From an uncultured bacterium (GTDB taxonomy: Bacteria > Krumholzibacteriota > Krumholzibacteriia > Krumholzibacteriales > Krumholzibacteriaceae): a stretch of DNA of 64,000 nucleotides. The position numbers and the translations under genes are program-made. The stretch is taken from contig CAWFAD010000008.1 of NCBI GenBank assembly GCA_963813815.1, positions 64,001-128,000 on the forward strand, read 5' to 3'. Below the pieces are notes generated by a model. It made no database searches, had not been told where the DNA came from, and worked only from the letters and a program-made list of their open reading frames with translations. Numbering within the stretch: position 1 is the first letter of the stretch; every line of letters begins with the position of its first letter. This document shows positions 17,220 through 27,383 of the stretch, in pieces.

Positions 17220-18566
17220 CTAGCCCCGCAGCTTCCTCGCGATTCTCGCCCGCAGGATGATCGCGGTGAGATTGAGGAGCAGCACGAGGACGACGAGCGT
17301 GAGAACCATTCCATACTGTACGTGGCGGATCTCGTCGACCGCCTCATGCTCGGTCGCGAGATTGAATATGTTCCAGGGAAGCGCCGGCGTCGGCTGGGAG
17401 AACGTTTGCCAGATGGCGAGCGGTCTTCCGACGCTCACGGCCGCCGTGAAAATGATGGGGGCCGTCTCCCCCGCCGCGCGTCCCATGCTGATGATGATGC
17501 TCGTGAGAACGCCGGGCAGCGCCGCCGGCAGGATCACCGTCGCGATCGAACGCCACTTGCCGGCGCCGAGACTCATCGCCGCTTCCTTGTAGGTCGCCGG
17601 AACCGCCTTGATCGCCTCCTCCGAGGCGCGGATGACGGTCGGGAGCACGAGCAGGGCGAGCGTGAGCGATCCCGCAAGCACGCTCTTCGATGGCGAGACG
17701 TGCAGCGTATTGATGAAGAACGCGAGGCCGAAGAGCCCGAAGACGATGCTCGGCACGCCGGCGAGCGAGCTGATGCACGTGCGAAGCATGCTCACGAAGG
17801 CGCTCTCCCCCGCGTACTCGGCGAGGTAGATCGCCGTGGCCACCCCGAGCGGCACGGCGAAGAGCATCGCGCCGATCGCGAGGTATATCGTCCCGAGCAT
17901 TTCCGGCCAGATCCCGCCGAAGAAGTGCGCGTCGAACGACTCGTCGAAGAGGAACCGCCAGTATAAGGTCGGGCGCGGGCGGAGCATGGCGCGCGCGTCC
18001 CTCTCGAGCAGACCGAAGAGGGGCTCGAGCGCCGTGCCGCGGAACCGCTCGACGCGCGGAGAAAGCGTCTTGACTCCCATCCTGGCCTGATCGGAGTAGT
18101 CGTATTCCTCCACGAAAAGAATTTGGCCGAGCTTGACCCCAGCGCGATCCCAGCGCGTTTGGCCGTATTGATCGCGGGTGAGCACGGGGGTCTCCATCCC
18201 CGGTTCGGGGCCGAGCAGCTCGTCGACGAGATCGCGGACCTCGCGGAACTCCCCGCGATAGGTCCGCCGGTATTCGGCGTCCGCCGTGTCGAGCGCGGCC
18301 TCGAACCCGGCGATCGTCTCGTACACCGGCGCGCGCGCGGCCGCGGCCGAGGCGATTTCCCGCTCGATCGCCGCCCGGTCGCCCCGGTCGAACTTCTCGA
18401 GCATGAGCCGCCGGTACTCGATCGTGCCGCGGAAGACGAACGCGCCCGATCCCTTCGCGAAGATCGGCCACAGCAGCACGACGAGCGCCGAGGCCATGAG
18501 GGCGATGGAAAGCAGCCCCACGACGGTGAAGGAGCGATCGAACATCTTGCGCGACCCGACGTCCAT
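17220..18566 (-). CDS. pstA: Phosphate ABC transporter permease PstA with long periplasmic insert
   Basis: [22 protein letters not shown]; position in the operon. Confidence 0.93.
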   Translation of the reverse strand: MDVGSRKMFDRSFTVVGLLSIALMASALVVLLWPIFAKGSGAFVFRGTIEYRRLMLEKFDRGDRAAIEREIASAAAARAPVYETIAGFEAALDTADAEYRRTYRGEFREVRDLVDELLGPEPGMETPVLTRDQYGQTRWDRAGVKLGQILFVEEYDYSDQARMGVKTLSPRVERFRGTALEPLFGLLERDARAMLRPRPTLYWRFLFDESFDAHFFGGIWPEMLGTIYLAIGAMLFAVPLGVATAIYLAEYAGESAFVSMLRTCISSLAGVPSIVFGLFGLAFFINTLHVSPSKSVLAGSLTLALLVLPTVIRASEEAIKAVPATYKEAAMSLGAGKWRSIATVILPAALPGVLTSIIISMGRAAGETAPIIFTAAVSVGRPLAIWQTFSQPTPALPWNIFNLATEHEAVDEIRHVQYGMVLTLVVLVLLLNLTAIILRARIARKLRG

Positions 18567-18569
18567 CCC

Positions 18570-19697
18570 CTACCTCTTCCTCCCCCGGCGCACCCTGCGG
18601 ACGGCGAGCTCGCTCAGGAAATTCATGACGAACGCGACGGCCAAGAGACCGAGCGCCATCGCGAACAGCACGTGGTACCGGGCCGAGCCGTACACGTGAT
18701 CGGCCTCGCCCATGTCTCCGGCGATGGTCGCCGTGAGCGTGCGCACGGGCTCGAGGAAATTGAACCACGGTTGAGGGATCCTCGCGGCGTTTCCCGAGGC
18801 CATCCAGACGACCATCGTCTCGCCGATGGCGCGCATGACGCCGAGGATCACCGCGGCGAGAATGCCGCTCTTCGCCGCCGGAACGACGACGCGGAGCAGC
18901 GTCTCGGCGCGCGTCGCGCCGAGGGCGTAGCTCCCCTCGCGGAGCTCCCTCCCGACGGCGTTCAGGGCGTCCTCGGACACGCTCACGACGGTCGGAAGCG
19001 CCATGATGCCGAGGATGATGGAGACGTTGAGCGCGTTGGTGCCGCTCGCGACGTCGACGCGCCCGAACGCCTTCGCGAGCGCGAAGAGCCCCGCCGCGGA
19101 CAGCCCAGCCGCCAGCGCGATCGTAACCGCGCGCACGGCGCCGCGCGCCCGCTCGGCGACCCTCCCGGCCGCCGCGCTTCCCGCGGCGACGGAGGCGGCC
19201 AGCGCGAGCGGCGCGAGCACGATGAGCGCCCCCGCGGCGAGGAGATTTCCCCCGCGGGCCTGCAGGAGCGGCGCGAACACGACGAGCGCGAAGAATCCGT
19301 ACACCACCGACGGGATCGCGGCCAGCATCTCGATGACGGGCTTCACGATCTGGCGCACCGCGAACGGCAGAATGTCGCTCAGGCAGAGCGCCGCGAACAC
19401 GCCGAGCGGCACGGCGACGAGGCTCGCGCCGATCGTCACGAGGGCGCTCCCGACGAAGATGGCGAGCGCGCCGAACTCCGCGTCCTCCCGCGAGGGATAC
19501 CATCTCGCGCTCGCGAGAAACTCGCGGACCCCCTCGATCCGGAAGAAGGGGATCGCGTCCTTGATGATGAAATAGAAGATGAACAGAAGCGCGACGATCG
19601 AGCTCGAGGCGACCGCGACGAGCGCGGTGCGACCGAAGAGGGCGCCCAGGCGGTTTCGCCGCCGGGCGCCCCTGCTCATGAGAAGCTCCGCGCGCAT
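18570..19697 (-). CDS. pstC: Phosphate ABC transporter permease PstC
   Basis: LAAIPSVVYGFF, RAIGETMVV; ATG overlaps the pstS stop (TAATG). Confidence 0.93.
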   Translation of the reverse strand: MRAELLMSRGARRRNRLGALFGRTALVAVASSSIVALLFIFYFIIKDAIPFFRIEGVREFLASARWYPSREDAEFGALAIFVGSALVTIGASLVAVPLGVFAALCLSDILPFAVRQIVKPVIEMLAAIPSVVYGFFALVVFAPLLQARGGNLLAAGALIVLAPLALAASVAAGSAAAGRVAERARGAVRAVTIALAAGLSAAGLFALAKAFGRVDVASGTNALNVSIILGIMALPTVVSVSEDALNAVGRELREGSYALGATRAETLLRVVVPAAKSGILAAVILGVMRAIGETMVVWMASGNAARIPQPWFNFLEPVRTLTATIAGDMGEADHVYGSARYHVLFAMALGLLAVAFVMNFLSELAVRRVRRGRKR

Positions 19698-20542
19698 TAG
19701 TACTTGGTGACCGGCACGAAGCCGATCTCCTCGACGATCTCCTGCCCCTTCGGGCTCAGGTAGAGGGTGACGAAACCGTGCAGGTGGCTGCCGAGCTTCG
19801 GATAGCCGTTCGTGAACATGTAGAGCGGCCGGGCGACCGGATAGATTCCCGATGAAACAGTCGCGTTGTCCGGCAGAACGTTGTTGACCTTGAGCGCCTT
19901 CACCGTGCGGTCCGCGAAGCCGAGACCGACGTAGCCGATCGCGGCGGGCGTGCTCTGCACGCGCTGGCGGATGGCTCCGTTCCAACCGACGTACTCGGCC
20001 TTGTCCGACAGCTTGGCGTTCTTCATGACGAGGGTTTCGAAGCTCTCGTAGGTGCCGCTGTTCGTGTCGCGGCTGATCATGACGATCCGCACGTCCGGCC
20101 CGCCGATCTGCTTCCAGTTGACGATCTTGCCCGTGTAGATGTCGCGGACCTGCTCGACGGTGAGACCCGATACCGGGTTGCTCGGATGGACGATGATCGC
20201 GATGCCGTCGATCGCGACGACGTGAGCCACGGGGTAGATGCCCTTTTCGATCGCGGCCTTGAACTCCTCCGCTTTCATGAACCGGGACATGTCGGCGATG
20301 TCGCACATTCCGTTCACGAGCGCCTTTGCGCCGTTGCCGCTGCCCGACTCGCTCACCGTGATGTTGACCTTCGGGTTCTTCTGCAGGTAGTACTCCGCGA
20401 AGGCCTTGGCTATCGGACCGACGGTCGTCGAACCGTCGATGATGATCTTGTTGTCCTGCGCCGCGGCGGGCCCGCCGGCGAAGACGCAGGCGACGAGAAC
20501 CGCAGCCGCCGCCGCGCCGAATTTCATTCCTCGCATCATCAT
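19697..20542 (-). CDS. pstS: Phosphate ABC transporter substrate-binding protein
   Basis: DGSTTV.P, GSGNG, SRDTNSGT, YPVARPLY; SD GAGGAGG. Confidence 0.94.
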   Translation of the reverse strand: MMMRGMKFGAAAAAVLVACVFAGGPAAAQDNKIIIDGSTTVGPIAKAFAEYYLQKNPKVNITVSESGSGNGAKALVNGMCDIADMSRFMKAEEFKAAIEKGIYPVAHVVAIDGIAIIVHPSNPVSGLTVEQVRDIYTGKIVNWKQIGGPDVRIVMISRDTNSGTYESFETLVMKNAKLSDKAEYVGWNGAIRQRVQSTPAAIGYVGLGFADRTVKALKVNNVLPDNATVSSGIYPVARPLYMFTNGYPKLGSHLHGFVTLYLSPKGQEIVEEIGFVPVTKY

Positions 20543-20572
20543 TCGTACCTCCTCGTTCAAGCTCTTTTCCAT

Positions 20573-20626
20573 ACTATACTCGCCGCGCATGAAGCCATCG
20601 TTAACGCTTCGTTAGAAAATCGTTAG
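20573..20626 (-). promoter_or_regulatory. Pho-box-like array plus -10 of pstS
   Basis: CTAACG/CTAACG/TTAACG at an 11-bp period (+ strand cgtta at 20599, 20610, 20621); TATAGT at 20573-20578. Confidence 0.7.
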
Positions 20627-20644
20627 GGCCGCCGGGGGGCTTCC

Positions 20645-21766
20645 CTAGAACTTCACCTGCACGTCCGCCTGGAGCCTCCGGTACCCGCTCTCGTCGTCCG
20701 TATCTTTGAGGCCCTTCGTGTTGACGAAGTATGTGAGATCGAGGCTCACGTTCTTCACGACGCCGTACGCGGCCCCGAGCTCGAGCCCCTTGCCGTTCGT
20801 GCCGCCGCCGATGAAGTCCGAATCGGTGAACGCCCCCACGACGGCGTCGGACTCGAGACTGCGGTAGTTGGCGTAGATCCTCACAGCCCCCGCGTCCTTG
20901 CCGTAGCTCACGGCGCCCCCGAAGAGCCAGCCCGTGTTGAGGCTGTCGGCGGCGACGTTCCGCACATAGTCGCCGTACAGCTTGAGACCGGCCTTTTCGG
21001 AGAGCGAAACGGTCACGACGCCGAGCACCTCGACCTCGTCGAAGTCCGTCGCGTAGCCGTACACGTCTTCTTCCTCGTCCGCGCCGATGACCGTCTTGGA
21101 GTTGCCGTAGCTTTTCGCGGCGTTGTAGAACAGCGCCATGCCTTCGGCGCCCTCGTAGTCGTAGTATCCGGCCCCCATAGCTATCTTCACGTCATCCGAG
21201 GCCTTCACGTCGAATCCGGCCTGGACGCCGACGAGGTACGACTCGTCGTCCGGATCCCGGTCCTCGATATAGAAGCCGCCTCCGCTGAGATACATCGACG
21301 CCTTTTCGCCGAGGACGCGGCCGTACCGGATCGCGAGGCCCTCCGGATTGAGGTCTCCGTCCCAGATGAGCTCGGCCTTGTCCGCCGTCTCGAAGGGGAG
21401 GTTCATCTTGCCGCCGATGAGACGCAGCCCCTCGATCGAGGCCGGATGAAAATCGAAGTAGGCGAGATCGAGCCCGATCTGCTTCGTCGAGAATCCGTCC
21501 GTCAACGTCTGGTTCGTCGAGACCGGATCGTCCGAGCCCGAGGCGAGGCCGATCGCGGCGCTCCAGGCGCCGGAGATCTCCGCCGAAACGGAGAGCCGGG
21601 CGCGCATGCGCCACCGGTTTTGATCGTCCTTGTCCTCCTGCCGAATGAGCTCGTGGCGCTCGCGGACGTCGCCCTTGATCTTGACCTTCTCATACCACTC
21701 GCCCGCCTGTGCGATCGCCGGCGTCATCATGACGCCTATGATCGCCGCTGCTACTGACGTTCTCAC
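20645..21766 (-). CDS. Putative porin (phosphate-regulated)
   Basis: Signal peptide; KGDVRERHE, R.RARL, DPVSTNQTL, IWDGDLNPEG, FTDSDF.GGGTN; C-terminal F; inside the Pho locus. Confidence 0.85.
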   Translation of the reverse strand: MRTSVAAAIIGVMMTPAIAQAGEWYEKVKIKGDVRERHELIRQEDKDDQNRWRMRARLSVSAEISGAWSAAIGLASGSDDPVSTNQTLTDGFSTKQIGLDLAYFDFHPASIEGLRLIGGKMNLPFETADKAELIWDGDLNPEGLAIRYGRVLGEKASMYLSGGGFYIEDRDPDDESYLVGVQAGFDVKASDDVKIAMGAGYYDYEGAEGMALFYNAAKSYGNSKTVIGADEEEDVYGYATDFDEVEVLGVVTVSLSEKAGLKLYGDYVRNVAADSLNTGWLFGGAVSYGKDAGAVRIYANYRSLESDAVVGAFTDSDFIGGGTNGKGLELGAAYGVVKNVSLDLTYFVNTKGLKDTDDESGYRRLQADVQVKF

Positions 21767-21871
21767 GCTGGACACCTCCTTGGCTCGGGTTGGTGAGAGC
21801 GTTTGCCCGACGGCCCGCTTCTCCGAATCATGGCCGTCGCCCCTATGATGCGTGAGCGGCATTCAAGGAGA

Positions 21872-21898
21872 ATGAGCGGCGGGTTAGTTTTGTGTGAA
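21872..21898 (-). promoter_or_regulatory. Pho-box-like array upstream of the porin
   Basis: TTCAC/CTAAC/CTCAT at an 11-bp period (21894, 21883, 21872). Confidence 0.55.
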
Positions 21899-21915
21899 CG
21901 AGAGGGAGCGCCCGG

Positions 21916-23696
21916 TCACGATTCCCGGGGCAGATGAATCGTGAAGACGCTGCCCGCGCCGGGAGAGCTCGCGACGGTGACGCTTCCGCCGTGGGCCTGC
22001 GCGATGTGCTTCACGATCGAGAGCCCGAGCCCCGTGCCCCCGAGCTTGCGGCTCCGCGCCTTGTCGACGCGGTAGAAACGCTCGAAGATGCGCGCGAGGT
22101 GCTGCGGCTCGATGCCGGCTCCGTGATCGGCGACGTCGACGAGAACCTCGGGGCCCGCGGCTCGAACCGCGATATCGACCGAACGGCCGGCGTCGCTGTA
22201 CTTGACGGCGTTGTCGATGAGATTGACGAGCGCTTGCTCGAAGAGCGCCGGATTGACGCGCGCGGAGACGTCCTCCGGACAGTCGAGGGCGAGCGCGATC
22301 CCTTTTCCCTCGGCCTTTCGCCCGCAGACCTCCATCGCCTCGAGGATGACGCCCCGAGCGGCGTCCGCTCGAGCGGGATCCGCTCGTGCTTTCCGTTTTG
22401 CTCGAGGCGGGAGAGAAAGAGGAGGTCCTCGACGATCGAGTTCATCCGCTCGGTCTGCTTCGCGATGATGTCGAGAAATTTCCTCGCGTCTTCCGGGTCG
22501 CCGACGGCGCCGTCGCGAAGCGTTTCGACGAATCCCTTGATCGAGGTGATCGGGGTTTTGAGCTCGTGCGACACGTTCGCGACGAAATCCCGCCGCACCT
22601 CCTCGAGCCGCTGGAGCCGCGTGACGTCGTTCAGCACGATAACGGCTCCGATCCGGCGCCCGTCCTCGCCGCGGAGCTCGGCGCCGTGGGCCTGCAGGAA
22701 TCGATCCCCCGCCGCCCCCCGCAGCGTGACGTCTCCCTCGACGGGCTCCGCGGACGAGAGCGCGCGCTGCACGAACTGCTGGAGCTCGGGGTTGCGGACG
22801 ATCTCCTGAATGCTCTTCCCGGCGACGCTCTCCGGCACGTCGAGAATGGCGGCAGCCGCCCGGTTGATCCGCATGACCTTTTCATCGGTATCCACCGCCA
22901 GCAGCCCCTCGACCATGCTCGAGAGCACGGCCTCCTGCTCGTTGCTCCGGCGCACCTCCTCGCGGATGCGCTCGTCGAGGCGCGCGGCCATCTCGTTCAT
23001 CTCGCCGGCGATCTCCCCCATCTCGTCGAGGCGGTACACGGGGAGCCGGTACGAAAGGTCGCTGCCGGAGAATCGCTCCATCCCCCGCTTGATGTCGTCG
23101 AGGGGGCGGCTGATCCGGCGCGCGGCGGCGAAGCTCGCGAGCGCGGCGAGCGCCGCGGCGGCGAGGGCCCCGAGAGCGATGCGGAGCCTGACGCCCCCGA
23201 GCGCCGCGTCGATCCCGGTGAGCGGCGTCGAGATGCGCACCGCTCCGGCGACGGCGTCCCCGCGCGCGATCGGCACGGCGATGTACATCTCGTTTCTCCG
23301 GCGGGTGTCGCTGAACCGCATCGAGGTTCCCACGCGTCCCGCGAGAGCCTGGGCGATCTCCGGCCGGTCGCGGTGGCTCTCCATGTTCGCGGGGCGCTCC
23401 TCCGAATCGCCGATGACCCGCCCCGACGCCAGAACGACCGTGGCGCGCGTCTCCGTCGTTCGTCCGACATCCTTGCAGAGCGAATCGACGCGCGCCCACG
23501 CTCCCTCATCCGCGAGATCGACGCCGCCGAGCAGCCGCTCCACGAGCCGCGCGCGCGAGGCGAGGAAGTCCCTCGTCGTGCCGACGTGGAACTCGCGCAT
23601 CGACCGGGAGACGTATATCCCCGTCACGAGCAGCGCCGCCACGACGATGAGAAGGTGGTACGGGTAGAGATGCCAGAGTATCGTTCCGCGGCGCAT
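21916..23696 (-). CDS. phoR: Phosphate regulon sensor histidine kinase PhoR (one base missing in the run at 22352-22355)
   Basis: TM-HAMP-PAS-HisKA (FVANVSHELKTPIT) in one frame; HATPase (NLIDNAVKYS, FERFYRVDKARSR, GTGLGL) in the next. Confidence 0.9.
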
Positions 23697-24386
23697 CTAG
23701 CTCTCCCGGTAGCGGTAGCCGACTCCGCGGACCGTGTCGATGCGCTCCCCGAGCGCGCCGAGCTTCTTTCGCAGCCCCACGATGTGAACGTCCACGGACC
23801 GGTCGGTGACGGGGTACTCGTCGCCCCGCGCCGCGTCGATGATCTGCTGGCGCGTGAACACCCATCCGGGGCGGCGGGCGAGGAGATGCAGGATTCGAAA
23901 CTCGGTCGAAGTGAGATCGACTCTCTTCCCCTTCGCCGCGACTTCGTGGCGCCCCGGGTGGATCGCGAGATCTTTGAGCCTGATGACGACGGTCTCCTCG
24001 GACGGCGCCTTCGTCTTCCGCCTCAGCACGGCGCGGACGCGCGCCAGCAGGACGCGGGGGCTGAAGGGCTTGGTGACGTAATCGTCCGCGCCGAGCTCGA
24101 GCCCCGCCACGACGTCGGGCTCCTCGCCGCGCGCGGTGAGCATGATGACGGGCACGTTCGCCGTGCGCGGATCGCGCTTGAGCGTGTTGCAGACCTCGAA
24201 CCCGTCGACCCCCGGAAGCATGAGATCGAGGAGCACGAGATCGGGCGCCTTCGACCGCGCCGCCTTGATCGCCTCCTCGCCGGAAGCGGCCTTCGTCACG
24301 CGGTAACCCGCCTTCGCGAGGTTGTACGCCACGAGCTCGAGGATATCCTCTTCGTCGTCCACGATGAGAATGTGCTCGGTCGCCAT
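23697..24386 (-). CDS. phoB: OmpR/PhoB family response regulator
   Basis: LLDLMLPG, GADDYVTKPFS, DRSVDVHI..LRKKL, TVRGVGY; adjacent to phoR. Confidence 0.92.
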   Translation of the reverse strand: MATEHILIVDDEEDILELVAYNLAKAGYRVTKAASGEEAIKAARSKAPDLVLLDLMLPGVDGFEVCNTLKRDPRTANVPVIMLTARGEEPDVVAGLELGADDYVTKPFSPRVLLARVRAVLRRKTKAPSEETVVIRLKDLAIHPGRHEVAAKGKRVDLTSTEFRILHLLARRPGWVFTRQQIIDAARGDEYPVTDRSVDVHIVGLRKKLGALGERIDTVRGVGYRYRES

Positions 24387-24463
24387 GCCGTCCTTCCGTT
24401 TCCGCCGCCGACCCGCAGGCGACGCTAAGGATAGTATATCCAGAAATAAGAGTAATGGGAAAA

Positions 24464-24502
24464 TGCGAGCGGAGCGTGAGCGAAACGTGAGATTTCCGTT
24501 AG
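24464..24502 (-). promoter_or_regulatory. Pho-box-like array upstream of phoB (autoregulation)
   Basis: CTAACG/CTCACG/CTCACG/CTCGCA at an 11-bp period (24497, 24486, 24475, 24464); TATACT at 24433-24438. Confidence 0.65.
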
Positions 24503-24768
24503 GACGCCGTCCCCCGCCGCGTTCTCAGCTGGTAGAGGTTGTCGAGAAAGTCGCTCCCCGCGTACCCGGCGAGCGCGGCGAGCCGCCAGTCTCCCTCGCA
24601 AAGAGCGCCGGCGAGGGCGCCGGTGGCCGCCGCCGCGAGGATGGAAGCGGCGAGATAGCCGAGCCGGATGCCCGGGCCCTCGGGGCCGCTCCGTTCGAGG
24701 CGCTTGAGGATGCCGACGAGCGAGCGGACGAGCCCGCCGAGCGCCCCCATGCCGACGACGACGATCAT
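24499..24768 (-). CDS. Small membrane protein (89 aa)
   Basis: ATGA overlap with the upstream gene; MIVVVGMGALGGLVRSLVG...LAGYAGSDFLD; 2-3 Gly-rich TM helices. Confidence 0.65.
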   Translation of the reverse strand: MIVVVGMGALGGLVRSLVGILKRLERSGPEGPGIRLGYLAASILAAAATGALAGALCEGDWRLAALAGYAGSDFLDNLYQLRTRRGTAS

Positions 24769-25214
24769 TCGGATACGAGCTCCTCGAAAATCTCCACGGC
24801 GTCCCTCACGAGACGCGGACAGAGCGTGTCGAAGAGCCCCTCGCTCTTCGCGCGCTCGAACCCTTCCGGCGTGCCGATCCGGCAGCCGAGGAGCTCGCGG
24901 CACAGAACGGATCCGTTCCGTTCCTCGAACCGCCGCATGAGCTCTCGAGCCGCCGCATACGCCGCCTCCTTCTCGTCCTTCTGATCCGGGCGGCCTCCTC
25001 CGCGGGCGAGGCCGATCGCCATGAGCGCTCCCGTCACGGCGCCGCACGCCTCGCCTCGGCGCGCCATGCCGCCTCCGAAGGCGCAAGCCGTCCGCGCCGC
25101 GATCCCGCGATCGAGCCCGAACCGCGGCGCGAGAGCCGAGAACACCGCCTGCGAGCAGTTGAAGCCGTCCTTGAACACTACCGCCGCCTCTTCCGTTGTA
25201 TTCGCTCTTTTCAC
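24765..25214 (-). CDS. C-GCAxxG-C-C family redox protein
   Basis: FNCSQAV, FGGGM...CGAVTG, CRELLG, CPRLV. Confidence 0.88.
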   Translation of the reverse strand: MKRANTTEEAAVVFKDGFNCSQAVFSALAPRFGLDRGIAARTACAFGGGMARRGEACGAVTGALMAIGLARGGGRPDQKDEKEAAYAAARELMRRFEERNGSVLCRELLGCRIGTPEGFERAKSEGLFDTLCPRLVRDAVEIFEELVSE

Positions 25215-25245
25215 GAATGGATTCCTTTCGGTGGGGATTGAAAAG

Positions 25246-25323
25246 TGGTCGGGGCGACTGGATTCGAACCAGCGACCTCTTGCGCCCAAGGCAAGCGCGC
25301 TAGCCTGGCTGCGCTACGCCCCG
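25246..25323 (-). tRNA. tRNA-Pro(TGG)
   Basis: CGGGGCG acceptor stem; anticodon arm CTTGC-CTTGGGC-GCAAG; GGTTCGAATCC T-arm; encoded CCA. Confidence 0.97.
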
Positions 25324-26582
25324 ACCTTTTTTTTGCCGGCGATGCCGCTCCCCCGCCGCTCGCGCGCGACATCCCGATAGACGGCTGCAATCCGCTCGTA
25401 GTGGACGTCCGGCCCGTAGAGGCGCTCGGCTTTCTCCCTCCCCCGCCGGCCCATCTCCTCGCGCGCGGAGCGGCTTCCGAGCATTCTCCGCAGGCTCTCC
25501 GCGAGCGCGGCGACGTTCCCCATCGGGAAGAGGAACCCCGTCGCCCCGTCCTCCACCATCTCGGGAATGCCCCCGACGTTCGACGCGACGACCGGTTTCG
25601 AGCACGCCATGGCCTCCATGATCGCGAAGGGGAGATTCTCGTACCCGCGCGACGGGAGCACGACGAACTGAGATTCGGCCGTGAGCCGGCGAAGCTCCTC
25701 GCCGGTCTTGCGGCCGACGAACTCGACCCGGTTCGCGCCGAGCTCCCGCGCGAGCGCGCGAAGATCCCCCTCGGCCGGCCCCTCGCCGACGATGACGAGC
25801 CGCCCCGTCTCCAGCGCGGCCGCGGCGCGGATGAGATCGTCGAGCCCCTTCTCGAAGAGGAGCCTCCCGAGGTACACGAAGTAATCCTTCTCGGGCAGGG
25901 ATCGGTACGATCCGAGATCGACGAAGTTCGGAGCGGCGGTGATGCGTCCCGGATCGAAGCCCCCCGCGACGAGCTTCGCCTTGAGAAACTCGCTCGGCGT
26001 GAGGAAACGATCGATCCGCGCCGGCACCCTCGCCGCGCGGTCGTAGAGCGTCGTGATCATGGCGACGAGGCTCGCCGAGAGGCTCCCTTTCTTGCAGCGC
26101 TGGAGGAGCGCCTCGTAAAAACGGTTCGGGAGACAGCGCTCGCAGATCTCGCCGCGGGAGAGAAACGATGTGTTCGGGCAGACGAGCCTGAAGTCGTGGA
26201 GCGTCCACACGATGGGGATGCCCCTCGCCCGGAGCGGCTCGACGATCGAAGTCGTGAGATGCGCGTGAATGTTATGGAAATGCGCGACGTCCGGCTTCAC
26301 CGCGTCGGCGAGCGCGGCGATTTTCCGCCGGGCCTCGCCGCTGTAAACGCTCCTCGCGAGCACCCGCCACGCGGCGCGGGGGGACCGCCTCGCCAGCATC
26401 GACGGAAAGTCGATCTCGCTCACGAAATACGGCGCGTAGGGAGTCGGCAGGTTGTTCGGCGTCTCCATGCCGAAGGGAATCACCTCGTGCCCGCGCTCCT
26501 CGAGCAGCCTCGAGAGAGCGAGCATGTAGGTCGAGTCCCCTCCGCGGGGGTAGTAGAAGGTTTGCACCATGAGAACGCGCAT
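25314..26582 (-). CDS. Glycosyltransferase family 4
   Basis: YPRGGD, HFHNIH, WTLHDF, YLGRL..EKG, ENLPFAIMEAMA. Confidence 0.92.
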   Translation of the reverse strand: MRVLMVQTFYYPRGGDSTYMLALSRLLEERGHEVIPFGMETPNNLPTPYAPYFVSEIDFPSMLARRSPRAAWRVLARSVYSGEARRKIAALADAVKPDVAHFHNIHAHLTTSIVEPLRARGIPIVWTLHDFRLVCPNTSFLSRGEICERCLPNRFYEALLQRCKKGSLSASLVAMITTLYDRAARVPARIDRFLTPSEFLKAKLVAGGFDPGRITAAPNFVDLGSYRSLPEKDYFVYLGRLLFEKGLDDLIRAAAALETGRLVIVGEGPAEGDLRALARELGANRVEFVGRKTGEELRRLTAESQFVVLPSRGYENLPFAIMEAMACSKPVVASNVGGIPEMVEDGATGFLFPMGNVAALAESLRRMLGSRSAREEMGRRGREKAERLYGPDVHYERIAAVYRDVARERRGSGIAGKKKVGA

Positions 26583-26686
26583 CGTTTCACCTCCCGAACG
26601 GGCGCCGCCGACCGGTCCCCGAGCGGCCCGTCCGGTCGAACCTTACTCTAACGGAAACCGTCAGTTATCGCAAAGAAAATGCGAAA

Positions 26687-26715
26687 TTGACAATGGTCAC
26701 TTCGAATGCTATTTT
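26687..26715 (+). promoter_or_regulatory. sigma70 promoter
   Basis: TTGACA-17 bp-TATTTT with a TG extension. Confidence 0.5.
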
Positions 26716-26755
26716 CCACTTGATCGGGGATTTCAATAGGCCGCAAGGAGGAATC

Positions 26756-27373
26756 ATGGGCAGGATCAGAATCGGGGGGCTCCTCTTTTTTTTCATTGCC
26801 GCGGGAGCTTTCCTCGGGTGTTCCCAGGACGGCGATCTCGTCGTCGAGAACGATTGTAAAACCGATTTCGAGGGGTACGTCGACGGCCAGTACGTCGAGA
26901 TCGCGCCGGGCGAACAGGTTTCGATGAATATCTACATCGGAAGAACCGCCTTCGTGATCGGTCCGAACGACATCGACGTCGAGATATCGGGTTCCGCGTG
27001 GACCAAGAAAGCGTTCACGACGAGCGTCACCGTGGAGAGCGACGCAACGACCATCTATCCCATCGTCGACGACGTCTCCGCCATCTCGTTCCTGAACGCC
27101 CATAGCCTCCAGATCAACGAAATCAGCCTCAAGCCTTGCGACAGCCTCCAGTTCGGCGAAAGTTTGCTATCGAAGCTTCAGGTGCTCTCCCCCGGAACGG
27201 CGATGCTGATTCAGGTCGAGGAAAACTGCTGGGATATCCTCGTCAACTACGGCAGAGAGCAGTATCTCGATACGTTGTCAGTGCCGGTCGACAGCGTCGG
27301 CCAAGTGATTTCAATCGCGTGGGTTCCCGGATACGTGTATACGCCGGTTTCGCCCGCCCGGCTGCCTCGATAG
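26756..27373 (+). CDS. Lipoprotein, function unknown
   Basis: SD AAGGAGG; lipobox FLGC; beta-rich mature region. Confidence 0.75.
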   Translation: MGRIRIGGLLFFFIAAGAFLGCSQDGDLVVENDCKTDFEGYVDGQYVEIAPGEQVSMNIYIGRTAFVIGPNDIDVEISGSAWTKKAFTTSVTVESDATTIYPIVDDVSAISFLNAHSLQINEISLKPCDSLQFGESLLSKLQVLSPGTAMLIQVEENCWDILVNYGREQYLDTLSVPVDSVGQVISIAWVPGYVYTPVSPARLPR

Positions 27374-27383
27374 GAGGAACGAC

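Noticed and set aside
24765..25214. Possible selenoprotein (some C-GCAxxG-C-C family members use Sec)
   Set aside because: All motif positions are Cys codons; there is no in-frame TGA.
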